DNA from: Pseudomonadota bacterium
GTDB taxonomy: Bacteria; Bdellovibrionota; FAC87; UBA2466
Assembly (NCBI GenBank): GCA_043718025.1
Contig: JAYSWN010000027.1
Coordinates: 1-41,553, forward strand
Direction: 5' to 3'
DNA length: 41,553 nucleotides
Shown here piece after piece: positions 1 through 8,524 of this stretch. Every line of letters starts with the position of its first letter. Positions within the stretch are counted from its first letter, which is position 1. The notes beneath the pieces are model-generated. The model was not told the DNA's origin. It ran no database searches and saw nothing but the letters and a program-made list of their open reading frames with translations. Position numbers and translations under genes: made by a program.

Positions 1-435
1 GAGATCGATTTGGTGCGCAAAGAGTTCACGAAACAGCTCGTCGCCTTTTCCCTCGAGTACGGTTACCGAACAATCTTCCGACCGAATGGCCGCTTTCGCT
101 AGGGACAGAATGATGTGTTTAGGCACGCTATCAAGAGCGCCGAGGGTAAAGGCCACCCTGGTAGAGAAGGTTTTATCCTCAAGTACCTGAATCAACTCAT
201 CGCCGAGCTTGAATATATCTTCCGCGTATCCTAACGCAACCTTGCCTGCCTCGGTGAGGACCAAAGAACGATTCCTTCGCTCGAATAATGGTTGTTCCAG
301 AATGTCTTCGAGCTGTTTCAGTTGGGTGCTTAGCGTCGGTTGTCCCAGCCGAAGTTTTACGGCGGCCTTGGCGATGCCCCCCTCTTTCGCGATTGTCCAA
401 AAATAATAAAGGTGGTGGTAGTTAAGCCATTTCAT
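1..435 (-). CDS. LysR-family transcriptional regulator, NhaR-like (C-terminal part runs off the window start)
   Basis: Manual translation from ATG at 435: MKWLNYHHLYYFWTIAKEGGIAKAAVKLRLGQPTLSTQLKQLEDILEQPLFERRNRSLVLTEAG...GALDSVPK, open to position 1. GGAG lies upstream of the ATG. LNYHHLYYFW is the NhaR-type N-terminus. Not in the ORF track because it has no stop in the window. Confidence 0.93.
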   Translation of the reverse strand, partial: MKWLNYHHLYYFWTIAKEGGIAKAAVKLRLGQPTLSTQLKQLEDILEQPLFERRNRSLVLTEAGKVALGYAEDIFKLGDELIQVLEDKTFSTRVAFTLGALDSVPKHIILSLAKAAIRSEDCSVTVLEGKGDELFRELFAHQIDL

Positions 436-469
436 CGGTGATCTCCATAAGTCACTTTATATCGTTTGT

Positions 470-507
470 TTTAATGGAAGTTTTTAGTCAAGAATATCTA
501 TTTTTAT
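470..507 (+). promoter_or_regulatory. Putative LysR operator/promoter motif, copy 1
   Basis: TTTAA-N2-GAAGT-N13-TATCTA-N-TTTTAT in the AT-rich divergent intergenic region; same motif and spacing at 7225..7262. Confidence 0.6.
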
Positions 508-583
508 AATTTCCGCAAAATCCGTAAAGTTAAGGCACAGCATTAGGAACGAAGTCTAGCTAAGTCTAGAGGAAGGGTGACCA

Positions 584-1651
584 ATGTTTAAAGAACTGAC
601 AATGGACGAGCTTTTGAGCCAACTGCCAAACGGGCTAATGGTATCAATCTATCTTTCGAGAGCCAGCGACAGCTTGGACGATCGAATTGAAATGGCGAAA
701 CTCAAAACGCAATTGAAAGAAGTGCGAAAGCTGCTCGAGGCGCATGGCGGTGCAAAGCATAAGAAAGAAATTATCGCCTCGTTCGAAAAATGCCTTTCGC
801 ACTCGGAGTGGATTCCGCGGAGCGGTTCGGTGGGACTGTTTTATTCAAGCGACTTGCAAGGATTCATCAAATTACCCTTTCAAACCAAGGAGAGAAGCAT
901 TGTGGCCGATAGCTTCCATTTGAAACCAATTTTTAAATGGCTTCATACCCAAAACAAATTCTATCTCCTCGATTTAGATTCCATGGAGACGACTCTCTAC
1001 CGAGGAAGCGATTTTCTGCTTGAGCCGATTGCCCATGATTTAAGTGGTGCAAGTAGTATTAATCCAGGAAATAGCTCAAGTGGGATGTCATCCAGCGATT
1101 TCGCGCAGAAAAGAAGACGACAATTCCTGGCGACGGTTGAGGCAAAGGTCTTACGGCACCTGCAGGGAGAGACCGCTCCGCTTCTACTCAGTGGACATGA
1201 GAGAAGTTGCAGCCTGTTTGCCGAAGCAAGCGGGTATCCGTTTATCGTCTCAGAGCGCGTCAGCGCAGAGTCTAGCGAAAATAGAGTGCAAGTGCTTCAC
1301 CAAAGCGCCTTGAAGCTGGTGGCCCAGCTAACTTCAAGAAAGGAGGAGCTGGCGATAAATGATTACCGTGCGTCGCTCACTCGAAAAAGAGCCACCTCCG
1401 ATCTCAACGAAGTGGCTCTGGCGCTAAGGACGGGAAGAGTGAAACGTTTATTCGTAGCTGAAGACACGCATCTCACCGGCCAAATTAACAAAGACGGAAC
1501 GATCTTGATTCTCAATGCTAAACCGGCGGCGGGAGACGACGTGTTGGATGATTTGGCCGAACTGGCCGCCGCCCATAATAGTCAAGTTGTTGTACTGCCC
1601 AGACATAAAATGCCGGAGGCGGCTCCCGCGGCGGCTACGCTGCGTTGGTAG
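584..1651 (+). CDS. Bacterial archaeo-eukaryotic release-factor-like protein (baeRF3/7-type, eRF1/Pelota/Balon superfamily)
   Basis: VSIYL...SVGLF...KLPF...VADSFHLKP, FYLLDL, PLLLSG, GRVKRLFV, DDVLDDLAE and C-terminal AATLRW match the baeRF pattern. No GGQ. Confidence 0.75.
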   Translation: MFKELTMDELLSQLPNGLMVSIYLSRASDSLDDRIEMAKLKTQLKEVRKLLEAHGGAKHKKEIIASFEKCLSHSEWIPRSGSVGLFYSSDLQGFIKLPFQTKERSIVADSFHLKPIFKWLHTQNKFYLLDLDSMETTLYRGSDFLLEPIAHDLSGASSINPGNSSSGMSSSDFAQKRRRQFLATVEAKVLRHLQGETAPLLLSGHERSCSLFAEASGYPFIVSERVSAESSENRVQVLHQSALKLVAQLTSRKEELAINDYRASLTRKRATSDLNEVALALRTGRVKRLFVAEDTHLTGQINKDGTILILNAKPAAGDDVLDDLAELAAAHNSQVVVLPRHKMPEAAPAAATLRW

Positions 1652-1705
1652 TAGTGATCAAGGTTCAAACCATGTTAAAAAAAAATGTAAAAGCAGGGGG
1701 ATGCA

Positions 1706-1993
1706 ATGAAGAAAGTAATGCAATTGAATTTATGGCGATCGACTGAATCGCCTACCCCGACCAGACAGGGGGGCAGGATTTTCTTGATGGCCGGGGGTTT
1801 TGAAGATTCATGGCCGTTGAACGCCACGAAAAACCGCGGAACTCTTCTCTGCCCAAAATGTGATTGCCGCATGGTGCAATGCCTTTTTAATGGCATCACC
1901 GTTGAGCAATGTGAAAACTGCCGCGGAATTTTTTTTGACGAGGGCGAGGTGGATGAACTGATGGGTAAATCTCGTCTAGCTTCGCGAAATTGA
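1706..1993 (+). CDS. zf-TFIIB-type zinc-ribbon protein
   Basis: CPKCDCRM...ITVEQCENCRGIFFDEGEVDEL pattern; GGGGG SD-like stretch upstream. Confidence 0.85.
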   Translation: MKKVMQLNLWRSTESPTPTRQGGRIFLMAGGFEDSWPLNATKNRGTLLCPKCDCRMVQCLFNGITVEQCENCRGIFFDEGEVDELMGKSRLASRN

Positions 1994-2895
1994 AATGGGC
2001 AACAATGAGTTTCGGCAGATTAAATTTAGTTTACAAAGCGCGGGTTTTTGTAGAGTCACAGTTCTTCCAGCGTTCCGTTATCGGGGCCATCCTCGTTTCC
2101 GCAGCCCTTATTGGCCTTGAAACTTCTGCCCCGGTGCTAGCCAAATGGGGAGGCTGGCTTAAGCTCGCCGACAAGATTCTGTTGGCGTTTTTTTGCGTTG
2201 AACTTGGCCTAAAGATTATTTCCCGCGGGAGTAGGCCATGGCAGTTCTTTCTCAATGCCTGGAACGTATTTGATTTTGTAGTGGTGGCAGTCTGCCTGTT
2301 GCCGACCAATTCGCAGTATCTGGTTGTCTTGCGTCTATTGAGAGTGCTTCGCGTTCTCCGGTTGATTACGGCGGTACCAAAACTCCAGCTTCTGGTCGGG
2401 GCACTCTTCAAGAGCATCCCCTCGCTATTTTATGTTCTGTTGCTCCTGTCCGTGCATTTCTATATCTACGCGGTTTTGGGGACATTCTTGTTCGGTAGTA
2501 ATGACCGGTGGCATTTCGGTTCTTTGGGGGCTTCGTTGCTTACCCTATTTCAGATCATTACGCTTGAGGGTTGGGTTGAGATAATGCTGATTCAGGTAAA
2601 GGGTTGTTCCGAAGTCGGTGCGGACTCTCTGCGTTCGGTGTGCACTAGTTCAATCGCAAGTCCCTTAGGGGCCCCGTTGTATTTTATTTCGTTTATCATT
2701 TTCGGCACGATGATCATTCTCAACCTGTTTATTGGTGTGGTGGTCAATAGCATGTCTGAAATGGCGAAAGAGATCGAAGGGACCAGCAACCAAAATCGTG
2801 GGCCTTTTGGTGAAGTTCAGAATGATATTGTCGCCATCCAAAATAGCTTAAATGACGTGCTAGAGCGAATCTCGAAATTGGCACGAGACCGTTGA
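1990..2895 (+). CDS. Bacterial voltage-gated cation channel (BacNav/CavMr-like, Ion_trans)
   Basis: Six hydrophobic segments, WNVFDF in S3, S4 LRLLRVLRVLRL, filter TLEGWVE, S6 ILNLFIGVVVNSM, C-terminal coiled coil. TTG start overlaps the upstream stop; alternative ATG at 2005. Confidence 0.93.
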   Translation: MKWATMSFGRLNLVYKARVFVESQFFQRSVIGAILVSAALIGLETSAPVLAKWGGWLKLADKILLAFFCVELGLKIISRGSRPWQFFLNAWNVFDFVVVAVCLLPTNSQYLVVLRLLRVLRVLRLITAVPKLQLLVGALFKSIPSLFYVLLLLSVHFYIYAVLGTFLFGSNDRWHFGSLGASLLTLFQIITLEGWVEIMLIQVKGCSEVGADSLRSVCTSSIASPLGAPLYFISFIIFGTMIILNLFIGVVVNSMSEMAKEIEGTSNQNRGPFGEVQNDIVAIQNSLNDVLERISKLARDR

Positions 2896-2996
2896 ATCCT
2901 CAAAAACCGCTCCTGCCGCCCCACCTGAGTTAAGTCGGCCAGATTACGGAATTTTTCGGATTCTACCGATATGTCAATTGAGGGGGACTTTCGGTA

Positions 2997-4664
2997 ATGG
3001 GATACGAAAAAGGAAAAACTAGTTCGTCTAAGTTGATTTTCAATCTCCTTAAAGGCGAAGCCCAAGACATCACCACCGTTATACTCTACGGAGTGGGCGC
3101 GGGAATGCTTTCCTTGGCGGTACCGATCGGGGTTCAAACCCTAGTAAACAACGTTACCTTCGGTACGCTATCGCAGCCGGTCATTTTTCTAGTGGTGGCG
3201 GTACTCGTTGGGCTATCGGTCGCTGCGGTTTTACGTACCATTCAGGTCATCGTTTTGGAGCGCTTTCAGAAGCGATTCTTTGTTAAGGTAGCCTTGGAGC
3301 TTGCCCACCGTTTACCTCGTTTGGATGCCGCCGCAGCGCATCGCGGTCGATTTCCGGAGTTGGTGAACCGCTTTTTCGACGTGCTCACCGTACAAAAGAG
3401 TGCCGCTCACTTATTGTTAGAAGGTTTCGCAATAGCTTTGCAGATTATTTTGGCCTTGTTGCTACTCTCATTTTACCACCCGATACTACTCGCTTTTGCT
3501 TTCTGTCTTTTGCTCGCAATAGGCACCATCATTTTTGGTTTGGGCAGGGGGGCGGTCGACACTTCCATACAAGAGTCGGTTCAAAAGTATCGCGTAGCCG
3601 CCTACCTTGAAGAGATTGCGGGCCTTCCGTCCATTTTCCGTACCGTTGCAACCCGGGAGCTCGCACTTAAACATACCGATGGTCTATTAGGTGACTACCT
3701 CGATGCCCGTGAATCGCATTTTCGAATATTATTGCGCCAAATTGTTGGCTCATTTGCTCTGCAGGCACTCGCAAGCTCTCTCTTGCTTGGATTGGGTGCG
3801 TATTTGGTTACCATTCAACAGCTTTCCATTGGTCAATTAGTGGCGGCCGAAATTGTGGTGACGGCGGCGCTCATTTCGCTCTCGAAGTTTCAGAAGCACT
3901 TAGAGTCTTTCTATGATCTGGTCGCGGCCTTAGATAAGATTGATTCCCTCCTCTCTTTTACGATTGAATCGGCAAGGGGGGAAAGACTGCCGAACCCGGG
4001 CGGGGCGGCCGAACTAGAAATTAGAAATCTGAATTTTAAGTTCGCGCGGGCGAATTGGGCATTTTCAGACCTGAACTTTAAACTGGACCGAGGGATACGG
4101 GCTTCGATCCTTGGCGGAAATGGTTCAGGCAAGAGTACTTTCATTAATCTTCTTTATGGACTGGTACGCCCCGAAAGTGGGGTGGTGTTGTTTAACCAAA
4201 ATGATCTGAGAAATATCCGCCTCGAAGATCTTCGTGAGCAGGTGAGTTTAGCGAGAGGAATAGAATTCTTTAACGGCACCGTAATCGAAAATCTTCGCGC
4301 TGGCCGCAACGATATCACCATCGAGAGAATTCGTTCGGTACTTAGCTCGCTCGACTTACTAGACGACGTTTTGGCTCTTTCATTGGGGTTGGATACGACT
4401 CTCGACATGAAGGGTGACCCGCTTACTATTTCACAATCATTGCGTCTCGTACTGGCCCGCTCAATCGTGGGAAGGCCACACCTTTTATTGGTTGATGAAG
4501 TTCTGGACGGTTTAGATGGGCCGGCGCGAGCCGCTGCGATTCGAACCCTGCTCGACCCCGCAGAAAAGATGTCGCTTCTGGTGACGACGCACAATGCTGA
4601 AATTACCAGCCATTTCGACTACACCATTCCGTTAAGCGATTTGGTGCGCGGGAGGGCAGCATGA
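2997..4664 (+). CDS. Type I secretion-like ABC exporter, TMD+NBD, no C39 peptidase domain
   Basis: ABC membrane domain, Walker A GGNGSGKST, Walker B LLLVDE, H-loop VTTH; degenerate signature LTISQ. Confidence 0.9.
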   Translation: MGYEKGKTSSSKLIFNLLKGEAQDITTVILYGVGAGMLSLAVPIGVQTLVNNVTFGTLSQPVIFLVVAVLVGLSVAAVLRTIQVIVLERFQKRFFVKVALELAHRLPRLDAAAAHRGRFPELVNRFFDVLTVQKSAAHLLLEGFAIALQIILALLLLSFYHPILLAFAFCLLLAIGTIIFGLGRGAVDTSIQESVQKYRVAAYLEEIAGLPSIFRTVATRELALKHTDGLLGDYLDARESHFRILLRQIVGSFALQALASSLLLGLGAYLVTIQQLSIGQLVAAEIVVTAALISLSKFQKHLESFYDLVAALDKIDSLLSFTIESARGERLPNPGGAAELEIRNLNFKFARANWAFSDLNFKLDRGIRASILGGNGSGKSTFINLLYGLVRPESGVVLFNQNDLRNIRLEDLREQVSLARGIEFFNGTVIENLRAGRNDITIERIRSVLSSLDLLDDVLALSLGLDTTLDMKGDPLTISQSLRLVLARSIVGRPHLLLVDEVLDGLDGPARAAAIRTLLDPAEKMSLLVTTHNAEITSHFDYTIPLSDLVRGRAA

Positions 4665-5701
4665 GTCTACCCGACAAAAATCACCTTGATTCAAAAGCGC
4701 AAGTTTCGCGTTTGCCATCGCTACTTCGCGTCGCCAGTTCAGCTCAGCTTGGCCTGATGTTTAGGATTTACATGGCAATCCTCTGCCTACTTACGCTGGG
4801 TTTGATCTTTTTACCGTGGCAACAGACCGCAAGCGGTTTTGGCAGGGTGATTGCCTATTCCCCAAATGACCGGCAGCAAGAGATTAGCGCGCCGGTGGAT
4901 GGCCGAATTCATCATTGGCATGTGGTTGAAGGCTCGCGCGTAAAAAAGGGCGACGCTATAGTTGATCTCAGCGACAATGACCCCGAAATATTAGAACGCC
5001 TGAGGGAAGAGCGCGACGCTTTGAGCAGAAGATCAAAGGCGGCCCAGTCAGCCATTCGGTCGGCAAAAAACAACCTTGATCGCCAGAGCACGCTACTTGA
5101 AAAGGGTTTAAGTTCACAGCGCACGCTGGAACAAGCAAACCTTGAGTACACCCGTTATCTTATGGACGAAGCCAATGCGTCAGCTGAATTGGCGCGTATT
5201 GATGTCCGCCTGGCGCGCCAATTGACTCAATCGGTTCAGGCTCCCGTAGCTGGTACCATTTTGCGCGTCGTATCCGGACAAGGGGCTCAGATTGTGAAAC
5301 AAGGCCAGATACTGGCCGTCCTTGTCCCTGAAACGGCTTCGCGCGTCGTTGAGGTGTGGTTACAGGGAAACGATATTCCACTGGTCAGCGAGGGCGATCA
5401 CGTTCGTCTGCAATTTGAGGGGTGGCCCGCGATTCAGTTTTCTGGATGGCCTTCGGTTGCCGTAGGCACTTTTGGCGGTGTGGTTTCGCTATTAGACGCG
5501 GTAGATAATGGCGAAGGAAAGTTTAGAATACTCATCTCACCCGATGCCTCCCAGCCGTGGCCAGAGACACGCTTTTTGCGCCAGGGGGTTCGCGCCCAGG
5601 GATGGGTGTTGTTAAATCAAGTCACACTTGGCTTTGAGTTGTGGCGGCGCTTCAATGGATTTCCTCCGATCGTTTCTAGGGCTAAGGAGCCAAAGAAATG
5701 A
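4661..5701 (+). CDS. HlyD-family membrane fusion protein
   Basis: N-terminal TM, lipoyl half-motifs ISAPVDGRI and VQAPVAGTI, coiled coil, FEGWPAIQFSGWP; ATGA overlap with the ABC gene. Confidence 0.92.
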   Translation: MSLPDKNHLDSKAQVSRLPSLLRVASSAQLGLMFRIYMAILCLLTLGLIFLPWQQTASGFGRVIAYSPNDRQQEISAPVDGRIHHWHVVEGSRVKKGDAIVDLSDNDPEILERLREERDALSRRSKAAQSAIRSAKNNLDRQSTLLEKGLSSQRTLEQANLEYTRYLMDEANASAELARIDVRLARQLTQSVQAPVAGTILRVVSGQGAQIVKQGQILAVLVPETASRVVEVWLQGNDIPLVSEGDHVRLQFEGWPAIQFSGWPSVAVGTFGGVVSLLDAVDNGEGKFRILISPDASQPWPETRFLRQGVRAQGWVLLNQVTLGFELWRRFNGFPPIVSRAKEPKK

Positions 5702-7074
5702 ACGCTTTGCTTCTCATCCTTTTTGCTTCGCTGACGATCGGGGTCCAAGCAAAAGAGCTGACGATCCAAGAGGTAATTAGCTCAGTTCGAGACCGCCATC
5801 CTATTATTCTCTCGATCGAGAAAGACAAGGAGATCGCGCACGGTGAATTGCAAGCTAGCGAAGGGGCATTTGATCTGCAGTGGAAGTCAAAAATAACCAG
5901 CACCACTGGCTTCTACTCTACTGATCGCATCGATTCGGTGATTGAAAAACCGACGACGCTCTGGGGCGCTAGCTTGTTTACGGGCTACCGTTTCGGTTCT
6001 GGAAAATTTGCTCTTTACGACGGTAAACTTGAAACACTGTCGGCCGGTGAATGGCGAACCGGAATTGAATTGCCCCTGTGGAGAAACGGCCCAACTGATC
6101 GACGTAGGGCAAACATTGATCGTGCCGAACAAGGGGTTAAAGTGGCGCAGACCCAAATTGATCAGGTCGTTCTTGAGAGTATTCGTAATGCCACCCAACG
6201 CTATTGGGACTGGGTAGTTGCGGGTGAGCGCGCGCGCGTTTATCGATCTTTACTAAAAATTGCCGAAGACCGTGATGCCGGTTTTGCCGAGCGAGTGAAG
6301 CAGGGAGACTTACCGATCTTTGAGCGTCGGGATAATGAGCGAGCCATTTTGCAGCGTAAGGCTCAGGTGGTTGCGGCGGAACGTGCCCTTCAACTCGCGG
6401 CCATTGAGCTCTCACTCTTTTTGCGCAACGAGGCGGGCAATCCCCAAATCCCAACGCCCGAAAACATGCCGTCAGATTTCACCCATCCCGAGCCGCCGGA
6501 AAATATTTCCGTCGAAGCCGCCACTCTGAATGCTTTGGCCCGTCGTCCGGAACCGTCCCGGTTCGAAGCCCAAAAAAAGCAGAACGATATCGAGTCGGCC
6601 CTATTTGATAATCAACTGGCGCCGCGGCTTGATTTGCAGTTAGCCGCGTCACAAGACTTTGGCGCCGGGGATCCGTCGCGTCGACCCACCGAGTTCGAAG
6701 CCGGAGTGGTATTAGAGATTCCGCTCGAAAGAAATGTGGCGCGGGGACGCATGAATGCGGCCGTAGCCGGACGCAATAAGGTGATGCTTCAAGAACGATT
6801 TTTTAGGGATCGCTTAGTCGCCGACATTCAAGACATTCAATCGAGTCTCACTGCGGCATTTGGGCGTCTCGATCTAAATCATAAGGAATGGAAGCTATCG
6901 GTTGAGTTAGAAAAGGGTGAAAGAGTGCGCTTCCAACAGGGAGACAGCAATGTTCTTTTCGTCAACCTTCGCGAACAAGCCACCGCCGATGCGGCGGTAA
7001 GAGAACTAGATGCCTTGCTCGATTGCCATAAGGGCCTGGCCGCCTGGAAGGCCGTGCTGGGCCAAATGGATTAA
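5698..7074 (+). CDS. TolC-family outer membrane efflux protein
   Basis: Signal peptide, two OEP-like repeats (IELPLWRN; LEIPLERN), ATGA overlap with the HlyD gene. Confidence 0.92.
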   Translation: MNALLLILFASLTIGVQAKELTIQEVISSVRDRHPIILSIEKDKEIAHGELQASEGAFDLQWKSKITSTTGFYSTDRIDSVIEKPTTLWGASLFTGYRFGSGKFALYDGKLETLSAGEWRTGIELPLWRNGPTDRRRANIDRAEQGVKVAQTQIDQVVLESIRNATQRYWDWVVAGERARVYRSLLKIAEDRDAGFAERVKQGDLPIFERRDNERAILQRKAQVVAAERALQLAAIELSLFLRNEAGNPQIPTPENMPSDFTHPEPPENISVEAATLNALARRPEPSRFEAQKKQNDIESALFDNQLAPRLDLQLAASQDFGAGDPSRRPTEFEAGVVLEIPLERNVARGRMNAAVAGRNKVMLQERFFRDRLVADIQDIQSSLTAAFGRLDLNHKEWKLSVELEKGERVRFQQGDSNVLFVNLREQATADAAVRELDALLDCHKGLAAWKAVLGQMD

Positions 7075-7075
7075 T

Positions 7076-7135
7076 TCCGAAGGGTGACGGGGGGCCGAGT
7101 ATCGCTCACGGTTCCCCCCCGCTTCCCTCTACGGA
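7076..7135 (+). terminator. GC-rich hairpin just after the tolC stop (possible terminator or 3' stabiliser)
   Basis: TCCG/CGGA, AGGG/CCCT and CGGGGGG (7088-7094)/CCCCCCG (7115-7121) pair; no U-tract follows. Confidence 0.4.
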
Positions 7136-7224
7136 GGAAGACCTACCTGAAAATCTTAGTCTCAAACTAAGCGAGAATAAAATCGATATTTCGTCGCAAT
7201 CACTTTGCTTAAAACAAACCTCCA

Positions 7225-7262
7225 TTTAAACGAAGTAGTTCAAATCTATTATCTAATTTTAT
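7225..7262 (+). promoter_or_regulatory. Putative LysR operator/promoter motif, copy 2
   Basis: TTTAA-ac-GAAGT-N13-TATCTA-a-TTTTAT, same spacing as 470..507. Confidence 0.6.
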
Positions 7263-7317
7263 CGAACTGAATTTCTCCGCATAATTGTACTTATAAACAA
7301 TTCGCAAAGGAGAAGTG

Positions 7318-8157
7318 ATGGCGAGTCTAACGGTAAAAGAGAAACAGTCGGTTGCGGCCCTTTCCTTAATGGCGGCGATGGCCGATGGGGAGATCAAAGA
7401 CGGTGAACGGGCGTTGGTGAATCACACCCTAGTCGCGCTGGATGACGCTGAAAGAGGCGAAGTGCTGAGCCGTGTGGTTACCCGCCAGACGTCTGTCACT
7501 TCAGAGTTGGCGCAACTTACGACTGAATCAAAGTGGAAAGAGGCTCTGGCCATGGCGAAAAAAATCTGTGAGGTTGATCAGGGGGTAAATGAACGAGAAG
7601 CGATCTTTCTGAGGCAATTAGAAATGCACGTCAGCGCATTTAAAGGTCAAACCACCGAGAGTAAAAAGACGGACGAAACGCTACCAGTATGGACGGCTGA
7701 GTTCGCGTCTCGAGCCGCCGCCATCCGAATGCTTCAACACCCATTTTCTTCGATCTGGATTGCTACGCTTAGAATTCAAATGGCGCGAAGTATTCGAGCC
7801 CGTTCGCGGCAAAGTAAGCAGTTTAGCGAGTACTCGGAAATACGCACGCTAAGCCGGCTTTTACTCCTCCCTGATTCAAAATTGGTGAATCAAATGCGAA
7901 GCAGCGGCATTGATTTCGACCAGGCGAGTCCCGAATTTGCCTTTGCGTCAACCGCGGCACTCTGTCATCTGCTGGAACGCTACTACATTGGGAATGAGAC
8001 GCTTACCGCGGCCCGGATAAGGGTGCTTTTTCGAAACCGATTCTTGCTCGCCATCAAAGAGTTCGGCACTCACTCCGACAAAATTGAAGAGTGGTTGCGT
8101 GAGGGAGAGCCTCTTAGCATTGCGGTTAGGCCCCTTGAACCGCTTTCTTCGCTTTGA
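7318..8157 (+). CDS. TerB-like N-terminal domain plus divergent DUF697/YcjF-like C-terminal domain
   Basis: LMAAMADGEIKDGER...ICEVDQGVNERE TerB pattern; C-terminal FAFASTAAL...RYYIG. AAGGAG SD upstream (GTG 7315 or ATG 7318). Confidence 0.7.
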   Translation: MASLTVKEKQSVAALSLMAAMADGEIKDGERALVNHTLVALDDAERGEVLSRVVTRQTSVTSELAQLTTESKWKEALAMAKKICEVDQGVNEREAIFLRQLEMHVSAFKGQTTESKKTDETLPVWTAEFASRAAAIRMLQHPFSSIWIATLRIQMARSIRARSRQSKQFSEYSEIRTLSRLLLLPDSKLVNQMRSSGIDFDQASPEFAFASTAALCHLLERYYIGNETLTAARIRVLFRNRFLLAIKEFGTHSDKIEEWLREGEPLSIAVRPLEPLSSL

Positions 8158-8375
8158 TCCAAGGGTAGCTCACCGCTTTATGAACTGGCAAACCGAGAGC
8201 TTCGGCAAGCGATCGTCTGGGCCATGGTTACCCCATTTTCAAGGCCTCTGGCGCGGTGCCGCCCTTCACGCTATTCTGATCACGAATCCGATCATGCGAC
8301 GCTTCACCTCTTGCGGCTAAAGGGTAGGCACTCTGGCGGCTCTTTGCCCTAAAAATTGGCGGTACGCTCCCCACC

Positions 8376-8524
8376 CGTCCTTGCGAGCCACGAAGTGGCG
8401 CGGCAATCCTTGGCCGATGATTGATAAAAGACAGAGTTTTACTCATCGACCGCTTGAACCCTCAATGGAATGACCTTTATTCCACCGTGTGAGGATTGCT
8501 TCGGCCTGCGGCCTCGCAAAGACG
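8376..8524. repeat. CGTC-type REP-like palindromic element (inverted dimer)
   Basis: Left arm CGTCCTTGCGAG-CCACGAAGTGG-CGCGGCAATCCT (8376-8410); right arm AGGATTGCTTCG-GCCTGCGGC-CTCGCAAAGACG (8492-8524). The arms are near reverse complements and each has a small internal hairpin. Confidence 0.75.

Noticed and set aside
197..406. Short ORFs 197..400 (-) and 209..406 (+)
   Set aside because: They are shadows of the LysR gene, which is in another minus-strand frame.
464..474. 11-mer TTAAAACAAAC shared in inverted orientation with 7209-7219
   Set aside because: Low-complexity AT-rich match; the co-oriented 38-bp motif explains the similarity better.
8084..8446. ORFs 8084..8320 and 8228..8446
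   Set aside because: No protein-like motifs; they overlap a gene end and the palindromic repeat.
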